Source of the DNA: an uncultured Verrucomicrobiota bacterium
Lineage (GTDB): Bacteria > Verrucomicrobiota > Verrucomicrobiia > Opitutales > Intestinicryptomonadaceae
Reading direction: 5' to 3'
DNA: 64,000 bases
Assembly: GCA_949298545.1 (NCBI GenBank)
Contig: CASFWX010000079.1
Span: forward strand, 5,624 to 69,623
The notes beneath the pieces were generated by a model that did not search any database, was not told the origin of the DNA, and was given only the letters and a program-made list of their open reading frames with translations. This document shows, one piece after another, positions 48,746 through 57,656 of the stretch (position 1 is its first letter; each line of letters begins with the position of its first letter). Both the position numbers and the translations under genes were made by a program.

Positions 48746-49734
48746 AGATTAAAATACGCCCGCATTCTCTTATACATCGCAAACGGATCGAGCGATTCTT
48801 TCGCATGGCGCAAATTTGCGTCTCCCAAGTCCTGCTCCCTATTCATGACGCTTCCGCCAAGACGCGCGATTGCATCTGCCTCCTCTTTAACGAGAAACTG
48901 CGCCGCTCCTTCTATCTCGTGGACCGACTTCTCAAAATGTACCGTCCAAGCGCCGCTTCCGAGGTCGCTGAATACTGCTGCCCCAGCAATATCGCCGCTT
49001 TCGGCATACAGCAAAATGCCCTTCAACGAAAGAGCTTCAAAATTCTCAATGCCGCGCTCTATGGCTGACATCTCCGCAAGAAATCCCCGCCGCTCGTCGA
49101 TTTCAAGCATGAAAGAGCGAACCCGCCCCAAATTTTCACCAGATACAGGCTCTACCCGCGCTCCGGGATTTCCCGAAAGAAAGTGCTTTATATGGTTGCG
49201 CTTCTTCCTCAACCTGACTCCGTTTAGCCCTATCAAGTGCGGAATCGAATAAAGATAGTCGAAATCAGCTGCATCGGGAACGAAGCGGAAACGGCTTTGG
49301 GCGTCGGGAAAAATGGAAAGATAGTCAGGTGGCATGTCGTATATATACGGCACGGCTATCAGCGACGCCTTTGCAAACGCATCTACAAGCTCGGACAGTT
49401 CGTCGGGCGGAAGCGCCTTGCCTATCGGATAGCGCAAAAGGCCGTCCACGGAGTTGTAAAGGACAATCCTGCCCCGCCACCTCAGAATTTTCGTCTTATA
49501 CGCCCCGCCCCACATGTAGATGTTTGCGAAGGAGCTCTCGCAGCTATGCGGCGGATTTTCACCTATAAGAGCGCGTATTTCCGAGGCGTCCGAAATTTCA
49601 ACCTCCCTCAAATCCTCAAGGCGAGGAGCCGGGAGGGAGGAATTTTCGTGTATTTGGAAATCGCGGTTAAATGGGCGGCTTGCGCTGCAACAGCATTGTG
49701 TTTCTGATTTGTCGTTTTCACCAATTGCATTCAT
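48742..49734 (-). CDS. DUF2156 (MprF C-terminal, aminoacyl-tRNA-dependent transferase-like) domain protein
   Basis: FANIYMWGGAY, DFDYLYSIPHLIGLNGVRLRKKRNHIKHF and similar family motifs. ATGA overlap with the downstream GNAT gene. Confidence 0.6.
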   Translation of the reverse strand: MNAIGENDKSETQCCCSASRPFNRDFQIHENSSLPAPRLEDLREVEISDASEIRALIGENPPHSCESSFANIYMWGGAYKTKILRWRGRIVLYNSVDGLLRYPIGKALPPDELSELVDAFAKASLIAVPYIYDMPPDYLSIFPDAQSRFRFVPDAADFDYLYSIPHLIGLNGVRLRKKRNHIKHFLSGNPGARVEPVSGENLGRVRSFMLEIDERRGFLAEMSAIERGIENFEALSLKGILLYAESGDIAGAAVFSDLGSGAWTVHFEKSVHEIEGAAQFLVKEEADAIARLGGSVMNREQDLGDANLRHAKESLDPFAMYKRMRAYFNL

Positions 49735-49966
49735 TTTTTAAACCATTATATCGCCCGAAAAGCCTTTCCGCTAAACATGAAAAAATATACATGACTTTAC
49801 GCCGCTTAAAAATTGGACTAAACATCGCATAAATAAAAAACGCAAAGCTAAAAATTAACGCGGAACATTTCAAGCACGCGAGCATGCTTTAACGGCTTAA
49901 TTCTTTTCCTTTTCAATCGCCTTTTGCGTTTTTTAAATATAAAATATAAATTAACATGAAAAACGC

Positions 49967-49996
49967 TTGACGGACATCGCAAGTTATTTATATAAT
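49967..49996 (+). promoter_or_regulatory. Sigma-70-like promoter upstream of the GH28-like gene
   Basis: TTGACG (49967-49972), an 18-nt spacer, then TATAAT (49991-49996). GGAAGGA lies before the ATG at 50041. Confidence 0.5.
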
Positions 49997-50040
49997 CAAT
50001 CTATTATATTCGCCGCAACATTTTTTGGGGAAGGAAAACT

Positions 50041-51645
50041 ATGTTAAAAAATCTATTGCTCTTTTGGAGCTTTCTATTCGCGCTGGCATCGTCGTTCGCC
50101 GACGAAACAAAGCTAATTATATATCCCGTTCCGGAATCTGAAAAAGCCATCAGCCAATACGCGGTAAGTGTGAACGGGAAACCAGTCGACCTCTATCGCG
50201 CGCACTCGCCCCAAATACATGAAATGTTCGGGGCGGAATACTACTTTTGCTATTTTGATTTTGAAGGGGAAGTCGAGGTAAAAATAAAATCTCAAAATGG
50301 TTTTGGTATCTCCGCGTCGCACACCGTTACGGATCCCGCCGAAAGGGAAAAATTGGCGAATACGGTAATAGCCGAGGTCTTGCCCGATTCGATTAGGGCG
50401 AAAAAAAGCGCCGAAGAAATAAGCTTTAAACAAAACAAGCCTTTTCAAGCGGTCGTATTGCGCAACAAGCTCATCATGCCTCTGATAATTTTCGGAAACC
50501 CCATTGAAAAAGACGCTCCGAATCCGAAAGACGAAAACACCATCTATTTCGGCCCCGGCGTCCACTACTTGAAAGAGCCGATCTGCCTAAAAGACAACCA
50601 AACTCTCTACATCGCCGGAGGCGCAGTCATAAAATCCCTTTTGCCCGACGAATTTCCATTGGAAGCGTGGAACCGCGGAGACATGTTTTATGAAATTGGA
50701 AACAATGACTTGAAAAGCGCATGCCCCAATTTTTATCCCATCTGCGCATGGAATGCAAAAAATATATCCATACGCGGGCGGGGCGTCATATCGTACGACA
50801 ACAGGGGGCGCTTCAGAAATTACGGAGTGCTGATAAACAACTGCCAAAACGCCAAGCTCGACGGCGTCATAATCAAAGATTCCAACAACTGGACTCTCGA
50901 TATCCGCAACTGCAATAATGTTGACGTAAACAATATCAAAATCTGCGGATCGCGCATGATTAACGACGACGCCATAGACATTTGCAATTCGTCGAATATC
51001 ACAATAAAAAACACCTTTGCGCGCGCACAGGACGACATAATCGCCATAAAGGGCATACCCGGCAGCGGAAAACATATCGGAAGAAATCTGACCGAAGATC
51101 CCATGGACAAGGCAAACAACCTTCCGGTTGAAAATATTCTCATTGAAGACTGCATATTTTGGACGGACGCCGCCAATATTTTCCGCATCGGCTACGAATG
51201 CGACGCCCCATATTTCAAAAATATAAAAATAAAAAACATTTTAATTCCGTCGTACGGAAAATATTTCAAGCCCGAAGCATATTGGAGCAACGCCATAGTC
51301 TGGCTTCAGCCATCGCAGGACATGAAGATTTCCGGCGTCGAAATCGACGGGCTCCAAATTCGCTCGAACGGAAAAGATTTCCCCCTCGCGATCGCCAATC
51401 CGCGAATTGTCCATTGCTCGAAAACTCCAGGCTTTATAGACGGTTTCAAGATGAAAAACGTGTCTGTTTACGGCGAGCGCGGCAAATTCCGCGGGGAGGT
51501 ATGGATTGAGGGATTCGACAATAAATACGGCGTGAAAAATATCGAAATTTCCTCCGTAAGATACTTTGGCAAAAAACAGGAATCAAATTCTAAAGATGTA
51601 CACATAGGAAATTTTACAGAGAACGTCGAAGTTTTTAAAAACTGA
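50041..51645 (+). CDS. Secreted right-handed beta-helix glycoside hydrolase (GH28-like)
   Basis: Signal peptide. NDDAIDICNSSNITIKNTFARAQDDIIAIKG resembles the GH28 NTDGID...GDDxIAIK catalytic region. The GHG/RIK motifs are not obvious. Confidence 0.6.
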   Translation: MLKNLLLFWSFLFALASSFADETKLIIYPVPESEKAISQYAVSVNGKPVDLYRAHSPQIHEMFGAEYYFCYFDFEGEVEVKIKSQNGFGISASHTVTDPAEREKLANTVIAEVLPDSIRAKKSAEEISFKQNKPFQAVVLRNKLIMPLIIFGNPIEKDAPNPKDENTIYFGPGVHYLKEPICLKDNQTLYIAGGAVIKSLLPDEFPLEAWNRGDMFYEIGNNDLKSACPNFYPICAWNAKNISIRGRGVISYDNRGRFRNYGVLINNCQNAKLDGVIIKDSNNWTLDIRNCNNVDVNNIKICGSRMINDDAIDICNSSNITIKNTFARAQDDIIAIKGIPGSGKHIGRNLTEDPMDKANNLPVENILIEDCIFWTDAANIFRIGYECDAPYFKNIKIKNILIPSYGKYFKPEAYWSNAIVWLQPSQDMKISGVEIDGLQIRSNGKDFPLAIANPRIVHCSKTPGFIDGFKMKNVSVYGERGKFRGEVWIEGFDNKYGVKNIEISSVRYFGKKQESNSKDVHIGNFTENVEVFKN

Positions 51646-51811
51646 CTAGTTTCTCTCTCCCATGGTTCGCCGCCAGCCGGCTTCTTCGCATGCAACCCCG
51701 CATATTTCCCTCAAAAGCGCCTATAACGCAGGCGCCGCATGAAGGCAGAATAGTTTTTATCAAATGGTAGGAACGCCAAATATGTGATCCGCGCGATTCC
51801 GTTATAAAGGG

Positions 51812-51846
51812 AAACCCGCTATCTGCATTTATTGCAGAATAGCGGG
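51812..51846 (-). terminator. Hairpin immediately 3' of tRNA-Asn
   Basis: CCCGCTATCTGCA / TGCAGAATAGCGGG arms (51815-51827 and 51833-51846), followed on the minus strand by TTTCCCTTTA. Confidence 0.5.
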
Positions 51847-51855
51847 CTATTAAAA

Positions 51856-51930
<75 letters not shown>

Positions 51931-52005
51931 TCACTAAAAATTAAGAAACGGCAATTTGCCTGATTTCAAATGAAGTGTCAATATTTTTTTGATAGCTGCC
52001 CTCAT

Positions 52006-52725
52006 CTATCCGCGCAAGGCGCCGACAATTCGCACAATTTCCTCCGAATACCGCTTTTGTACGGGCGATAGCGCCTTGGCATATCTGCACAACTCAACAA
52101 ATTCCCTCGGATTTCTAAGAAGAGACCGCACGAGCGCCGCGCACGAAACTTTTATCTCTCCGCACGAGAAATCCATTATGTCCGCAAAAAATTGCATAGG
52201 CATTAGGCAATCCGAAGCATCGCTGACCCATCGCATATGTGAAAACACTGGTCTGACGCCCAATTCCTTCAATGTTTCGCGGACGATGGAAGCCTCCAAT
52301 TCGACTCCGGCATAGCCAGAAGCATTTAAATCCGCTTTCATATCCGCTTCGGCTATTCCGGAAGTTGTAGCTATTTTCCCCACCTTAAAATCCAAAGCGC
52401 CGAGGGCTGACTTCAGCTCGGGCGGAAGCTCTCCGCACGATGAATCGAGCAGCAAATCTCCCGCCGATATGCCCGGGCGACAGGCTCCGCAATATCCAGC
52501 CAAAATAACCCAATCCGGCCTGAACTTCTCGACAGCGAGGCGAATGCGGTTTTGGCTCGCTGCGCAACCGAATCCGGAAACGAGCACGCGAATGTCAGAG
52601 TCCGAGCCTTCTCCGGATATATCCGCCATTTCTCCCACTTTCGCTTTTCTACCTTTTGCAAACTTTGCGAATACGGGCTTCGCCTCATAGACCATGGGAA
52701 AAATTATAAGGATATTTTTTTTCAT
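52006..52725 (-). CDS. PNP/UDP-phosphorylase-family protein (HpnG-like, hopanoid-associated phosphorylase family)
   Basis: ILIIFPMVYEAKP, VLVSGFGCAA...WVILAGYCGA...GDLLL, AGVELEAS...MRWVSDAS pattern. The ATG at 52725 forms an ATGA overlap with the upstream stop; the track ORF starts further upstream at 52872. Confidence 0.55.
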   Translation of the reverse strand: MKKNILIIFPMVYEAKPVFAKFAKGRKAKVGEMADISGEGSDSDIRVLVSGFGCAASQNRIRLAVEKFRPDWVILAGYCGACRPGISAGDLLLDSSCGELPPELKSALGALDFKVGKIATTSGIAEADMKADLNASGYAGVELEASIVRETLKELGVRPVFSHMRWVSDASDCLMPMQFFADIMDFSCGEIKVSCAALVRSLLRNPREFVELCRYAKALSPVQKRYSEEIVRIVGALRG

Positions 52726-54917
52726 AGCGCAATTTCGTTGGCGCTCAAAGCCGCCCCCTCGAGAGTGGAGGGAAGATCGGTCTGAATCCAATCCCCGCAA
52801 AGCAAGAAGTTGGAAGCTACAGATTCTCCGTCCCGGGAATTCGGACGCGACGCACAGACGGAGAGGCTGCACGCCAATGTCGCGTCGGCAAATCTCATCG
52901 GCAAAATTTCTCCGATTTCAAAGTTTCCGAAGAATTTTTCCAGCTCAGAGGAAATAAGCTTGCGAATGGAATTTTTATCCGAATCAAGCTTGCATGCGCT
53001 CACGGTTATTCCGTAAAGGGAGAGTCCCCCATTCCTCAAGGATTGCGGAAGCTTTTCAGAATGGTCGAATATCCAATGCAGCGGGGAGCCTATAAGGCAT
53101 GCGTAGTCGCAATCGAAAAGCTTGTTTTGCGATGTAAAATACACGTTCAAGATCGCATTCTGCCTGAGCGAATCCAGCACCTCATGAAGGGGCGAATCTC
53201 CAAGCAAGGCTGACATGGCTTTCGGCGGCAGAGCCGAAACGAAAAAATCTCCCTCTATTCTCTCTCCCTTTGAAGTGACAGCCGCGGATATTCTGCATTT
53301 TTCAAAGCCGAATTTTTCGATTTTTTCGCCGAAGCGCACGCGGGATCCGACACCTTCGATAAAAATCGGCAGATTGCCGAACGCGTCGGCAAGAGGTTGC
53401 ACCGGCAAATAGAGCAGAGCCGCATCGCCTCCGGCGAGCAGGGACTTTCGAGCCGTATTTGCCATCAGCTGCCCCGAGGCGGCATCGAGCGGAGTATTGA
53501 GGGCGGAAACGCAAAAAGGCTCCCAAAAGTTATCGATGGCCGCGCGCGGAACATCTTTCCGCATTAGGAATTCGAGCGCCGTTTCGTTGTCGTGCGGCAA
53601 TCCGATTCCAGTTTTTAGCCCGAACAGGACAGACAGGTTGGCAAATGAGAAAAAACCTTCCAGTTTCCGGAAGCGGAGAATCGAGAACAGTTTTTTCAAT
53701 ATTCCATCGCGCTTTCCGGGAAACTTGACGGCCAAGTTTTTTCCTCCCGGGAAGAAAAAATTCATTCCCTTTACCGGCTTAAAGAAATCGGCGCCGTCCG
53801 ATCCGAGCAGCTCCAGGTATTCAAATAGATTTTCATAGCAGCCCATGAGGGCGTGGGTCCCGTTGTCGAGCCTGGCTCCAAGCCATTCGATAGATGCTGC
53901 CCGTCCTCCAAAGCCTCCCCTCGCCTCGACGAGCTCGACGTCGAATCCTTCGCGCGCAGCGCGCAGGGCGGCGCACGCTCCAGCCACGCCCCCGCCGACT
54001 ACTACCGCTTTCCCCGATTTTAACTCGGGCTGACGAATTTTTGAACGCCTTATTGCTGAAAGCGCGAGAAGGATTTTTTCAAGCTTTGATATTTTAAGCG
54101 GCTTGGCGGGGATGTCAAAATCGCGCGCGGCAATCAGGTCGAGTATCCGCTCGTAAATGCCCCACATAATGAAAGCCGGCGCCAGCGCTCTCCTGTCTTC
54201 GGGCGCGACGAGCCGGCGCGCCTTATTGAAGAAATGTTTAGCCCTGAAATGCATCAGCTTAAAAAGTTTTTTACACGCCGGGTTTCTCGACGGGTCTTTC
54301 AGGTCCTCTTTTGAAACCCCGAAATGCCTCATTTCAGAAACTGGAATGTAAACGCGCCCGAGCCTGAGAGCGTCGTCGCGCACGTCGCGGAGAATGTTGG
54401 TAAACTGAAGCGCATATCCGAGAGTTTCGGCGAACTCTATCGTGCGCGGATTTTTAAATCCAAAAATGTGTATGGACGCGAGCCCGACCGCGCTCGCCAC
54501 GCCATAGCAATAGCCGCGCAAATCTTCAAAACTTTCAAAATCCCTGTCGAAAGTATCCCTCGTTACCCCGTCAATTATATCTTGAACATACTTCTGCGGT
54601 ATATTCCTGCGCCCGACCAATGACATCATCTCCAAGCCGAGCGGAGACAAATTTTCCCCGCCGGCATACGCTCTCGATATTTCGTCCTTCCACGCGCGGA
54701 GCTTTTCGCGGCGGACTTCTGGAGGTTCCGAGGCGTCGTCTGCGATGTCGTCCATCAGCCGGCAAAAAGCGTAGAATATCTCCATGTCCCGGGCGCGGTC
54801 CCTGTCCATACAAAAAAATGCAAAAGCCAGGTTTGACTTTTTGCGTTCGGCGGCGTTGCGCCGGCTGTCGTGGGACTCGGACTTTATTTCTCCCATAAGC
54901 GGATTTTCCAAAAACAA
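52722..54917 (-). CDS. Fusion protein: squalene/phytoene-synthase-family domain (HpnD-like) plus FAD-dependent amine-oxidase-family domain (HpnE-like)
   Basis: N-terminal half has FYAFCRLMDDIADD, YCYGVASAVG and NILRDVRDD. C-terminal half has VVVGGGVAGACAALRAAREGFDVELVEARGGFGGRA and the terminal LLCGDWIQTDLPSTLEGAALS. One uninterrupted 731-aa ORF. An alternative start at 54896 is possible. Confidence 0.75.
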   Translation of the reverse strand: MFLENPLMGEIKSESHDSRRNAAERKKSNLAFAFFCMDRDRARDMEIFYAFCRLMDDIADDASEPPEVRREKLRAWKDEISRAYAGGENLSPLGLEMMSLVGRRNIPQKYVQDIIDGVTRDTFDRDFESFEDLRGYCYGVASAVGLASIHIFGFKNPRTIEFAETLGYALQFTNILRDVRDDALRLGRVYIPVSEMRHFGVSKEDLKDPSRNPACKKLFKLMHFRAKHFFNKARRLVAPEDRRALAPAFIMWGIYERILDLIAARDFDIPAKPLKISKLEKILLALSAIRRSKIRQPELKSGKAVVVGGGVAGACAALRAAREGFDVELVEARGGFGGRAASIEWLGARLDNGTHALMGCYENLFEYLELLGSDGADFFKPVKGMNFFFPGGKNLAVKFPGKRDGILKKLFSILRFRKLEGFFSFANLSVLFGLKTGIGLPHDNETALEFLMRKDVPRAAIDNFWEPFCVSALNTPLDAASGQLMANTARKSLLAGGDAALLYLPVQPLADAFGNLPIFIEGVGSRVRFGEKIEKFGFEKCRISAAVTSKGERIEGDFFVSALPPKAMSALLGDSPLHEVLDSLRQNAILNVYFTSQNKLFDCDYACLIGSPLHWIFDHSEKLPQSLRNGGLSLYGITVSACKLDSDKNSIRKLISSELEKFFGNFEIGEILPMRFADATLACSLSVCASRPNSRDGESVASNFLLCGDWIQTDLPSTLEGAALSANEIAL

Positions 54918-55783
54918 TACGATGCTGCTCCGTAAAACAAAAGCCTTAGTTTGTCAAATGCGTTCAGAGCCGGCCGCCTTACAAGAGTGTCGCAATTTTG
55001 CGATTCTATCTTGTCGAGTATCGCCCTGCCTCCAGCAAGGGTTATTGCGATTTCAAGTCCGAGGGGGAAAGGAAGATATTTTACGAGCCCCGCTCCGCTG
55101 TCAAACATGGCGCGCGTCCTGTCCACTTGAAATTTTACAAGAGCGCGCACCCTTGAATCCGCGGAGCCGGAAAATATCTCCTCTTCCCCTATTCCGTTCC
55201 AATCGGAAACGGGAATATATATTCTCCCCTTTTTCTTGTCCACGCTCATATCCTGCCAAAAATTTGCCAGCTGTAGAGCAGAACAAATGTCATCGGACAA
55301 TTTAAAAAGCTTTTCGTCCCGCAATCCGTGCAATATGAGAACCAGCCTGCCGACCGGATTGGCGCTGCGCCGGCAATAGTCGAGCAATTCCGGAAAATCC
55401 GAATATCTCTTCTTGACCACGTCCTGAGCGAACGCGCTGACGAGATCCCTAAATAATTGCTTGGGTATGGAAAATTTCTCGATCGTGTCGGATAGGGCGA
55501 CAAAAATCCACCTCCATTCAGGGGAAAGCATGTCCGGATCTTCGATGTCGAGCTGCGCCTCGAAGCGGGCAAGCTCGGAGAGCCGCCTCGGATCGCTCGC
55601 GCCGATTTCTTCATGTTTTTCGTCCGCTATGTCGTCTGCCGTCCGCGCAAATGCGTAAACCGCCGCGACGTGCCTCCTTATTTTTTTGGACACCAGTTTC
55701 GCGACGGGAAAATTCTCGTAATGGGCGTCGGCCAGATGCTGACATTTCTCGTAGGCGCGTTCCGTCTCGCCAGTTTCAAACAT
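54884..55783 (-). CDS. hpnC: Squalene synthase HpnC-like (squalene/phytoene synthase family)
   Basis: HYENFPVAKLVSKKIRRHVAAVYAFARTADDIADE is the characteristic HpnC N-terminus. 299 aa. Confidence 0.75.
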   Translation of the reverse strand: MFETGETERAYEKCQHLADAHYENFPVAKLVSKKIRRHVAAVYAFARTADDIADEKHEEIGASDPRRLSELARFEAQLDIEDPDMLSPEWRWIFVALSDTIEKFSIPKQLFRDLVSAFAQDVVKKRYSDFPELLDYCRRSANPVGRLVLILHGLRDEKLFKLSDDICSALQLANFWQDMSVDKKKGRIYIPVSDWNGIGEEEIFSGSADSRVRALVKFQVDRTRAMFDSGAGLVKYLPFPLGLEIAITLAGGRAILDKIESQNCDTLVRRPALNAFDKLRLLFYGAASYCFWKIRLWEK

Positions 55784-55863
55784 GTTTTAAGTTATCGTCC
55801 AAGCCGCGCGGCAAGTCGAGCAAAAAGCCGGTTGGAAGAACAAGTTTTTTAGGGTTTTTTATA

Positions 55864-57447
55864 TTGCGGATCACTGGCGGCTGTGCAATATCCTTTCGCG
55901 TGTCTGAAAGCGGAAACAGATCCACCGGCAAGGGAGGCGAGCGCGGATTCGTAGTCGGCGTACTCCACGAGATAAGCAAGGCCGTCGTAAGAATGAAAGA
56001 TGTCCAGGCCCTTCTGCGCGAAGTGCTCGACATATTGCACCGGCAGATGAATCTCACCCGCGGCACTGTGACTCTCAGAAACGGGGACTTTCTGGTAATT
56101 TGCGCTTCCCACGGGCTGAGCGACGACGAAATAAAGCGCGGAGTCTACCGCTTGGGCGAAGGGGTCACCGGAGATGTCGCCGCGCGCGGGGTGTCGCGCG
56201 TAGTGCCCGACATTTCCAAGAGCGACGATTTTCTAAACCGCACGGGAAGCAGGGAGATAAACTCCAAAACCGCCTTCATATGCGTTCCGATAATCACAGG
56301 CGAATCCCTCATAGGGACGCTGAGCATAGACCGCATAAACCCATCGCCTTACGTTTTGCGGCGCGACTTGCGCCTTCTCGAAACAATCGCAAACATAATA
56401 GCCGAAGCCGTCGGCGTGCTGTACCTTGAGATGGCGGAAAATGAAAAATTGACCGCGGAAAACCGACGGCTTCGAGAACGCATCGACAGCCGCCTGCGCC
56501 CGAAAAGCGCCATCGGAAACTGCTCTGCAATGCTAAAAGTCTACGAGCTTATAGACAAGGCCGCCGCTGGAATGTCCCATATACTAATCCGCGGAGAAGC
56601 CGGCACCGGAAAAGATTTTACAATGCGCGCTATCGCCTCCACCCCGGCATGGAGAAACAAGCCACTTGAAATCATAGACTGCTCCTCCATGCGCGACTCG
56701 CTTATAGATTCAGCTCTGTTCGGATCTTCGGACGCCTCAAAACCCGGCGCTTTGAAGCGCGCCGACGGAGGCATCGTCTATCTCGATTCCATGGGGCTGA
56801 TAGGGCCGCAATTGCAACTGAAACTGCTCGGATATATGAGCGGCGGAAGCTTCCAAGGCCCAGGGGGCGAGCGCGTCAAATCCTCCGCGCGCATCATAGC
56901 CTCAACTTCCGGAAACCTTGAAAGCAGAATGAAAAGCGGAATAATACGCCCGGATTTCTACTATCAAATTACTACTTTTTCTATAAACATACCCCCTCTG
57001 CGCGAAAGAAAAAAAGATATTCAGGCTCTCGCTCGCTTCTTCCTCCAAAAATACTCCGCCATACAGAATAAAAAAATATCATCGATAAGCCCGGCAGCAA
57101 TGAACATGCTGTGCACCTATCACTGGCCGGGCAATGTCAGGGAACTCGAAAATTGCATTGAGAGGGCGGTCCTCATATGCGCCGGGCAAAGCATAATCGA
57201 ATCCGACTTGCCTCCTTCTCTGCAAACCCCGCAATCGACAAACACGTCAAAGTTAAAGAGCAACTCGAATATCGACTTTGCAAAAATGAGGTCGGACTTC
57301 GAAAGGGAGATTATTGTCGAAGCCTTAGCCGCCAACGGCGGCAATGCCGCGGCGGCAGCCAGACAGCTTTCAGTCTCAAGGCGCATATTAAATTATAAAA
57401 TATCAAAACTCGGTATAATCCCCAAAACATATAAAATCGAGCGATAA
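55864..57447 (+). CDS. GAF-AAA+-HTH(Fis) transcriptional regulator (bacterial enhancer-binding-protein family, atypical)
   Basis: GAF region (LHEISKAV...GEGVTGDVA...), Walker A GEAGTGKD, PPLRERKKDI, WPGNVRELEN, and a C-terminal HTH (AAAARQLSVSRRILNYKI). The start is uncertain: there is no in-frame ATG between the hpnC start and the GAF domain. TTG at 55864 or GTG at 55900 are candidates. The track ATG at 55651 lies inside hpnC. Confidence 0.75.
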   Translation: MRITGGCAISFRVSESGNRSTGKGGERGFVVGVLHEISKAVVRMKDVQALLREVLDILHRQMNLTRGTVTLRNGDFLVICASHGLSDDEIKRGVYRLGEGVTGDVAARGVSRVVPDISKSDDFLNRTGSREINSKTAFICVPIITGESLIGTLSIDRINPSPYVLRRDLRLLETIANIIAEAVGVLYLEMAENEKLTAENRRLRERIDSRLRPKSAIGNCSAMLKVYELIDKAAAGMSHILIRGEAGTGKDFTMRAIASTPAWRNKPLEIIDCSSMRDSLIDSALFGSSDASKPGALKRADGGIVYLDSMGLIGPQLQLKLLGYMSGGSFQGPGGERVKSSARIIASTSGNLESRMKSGIIRPDFYYQITTFSINIPPLRERKKDIQALARFFLQKYSAIQNKKISSISPAAMNMLCTYHWPGNVRELENCIERAVLICAGQSIIESDLPPSLQTPQSTNTSKLKSNSNIDFAKMRSDFEREIIVEALAANGGNAAAAARQLSVSRRILNYKISKLGIIPKTYKIER

Positions 57448-57656
57448 CCCCATCATTCCCCGCTATGCCTGAGAATTCCCGCCCGTTTCGATAATTTGCC
57501 AAATCCGTCCCGCCCGCGCAACCGGATTATCAATGCTTGCGCTTCCATTTACTCAAAATTCCGCCAAGAATGGGGAAATACATTTGCCGCCTATAAATAA
57601 AGTTGACAAGCACATTCATCGCTGCAAACGTATGAGTAAAGGAAGAAAGAATTTTT

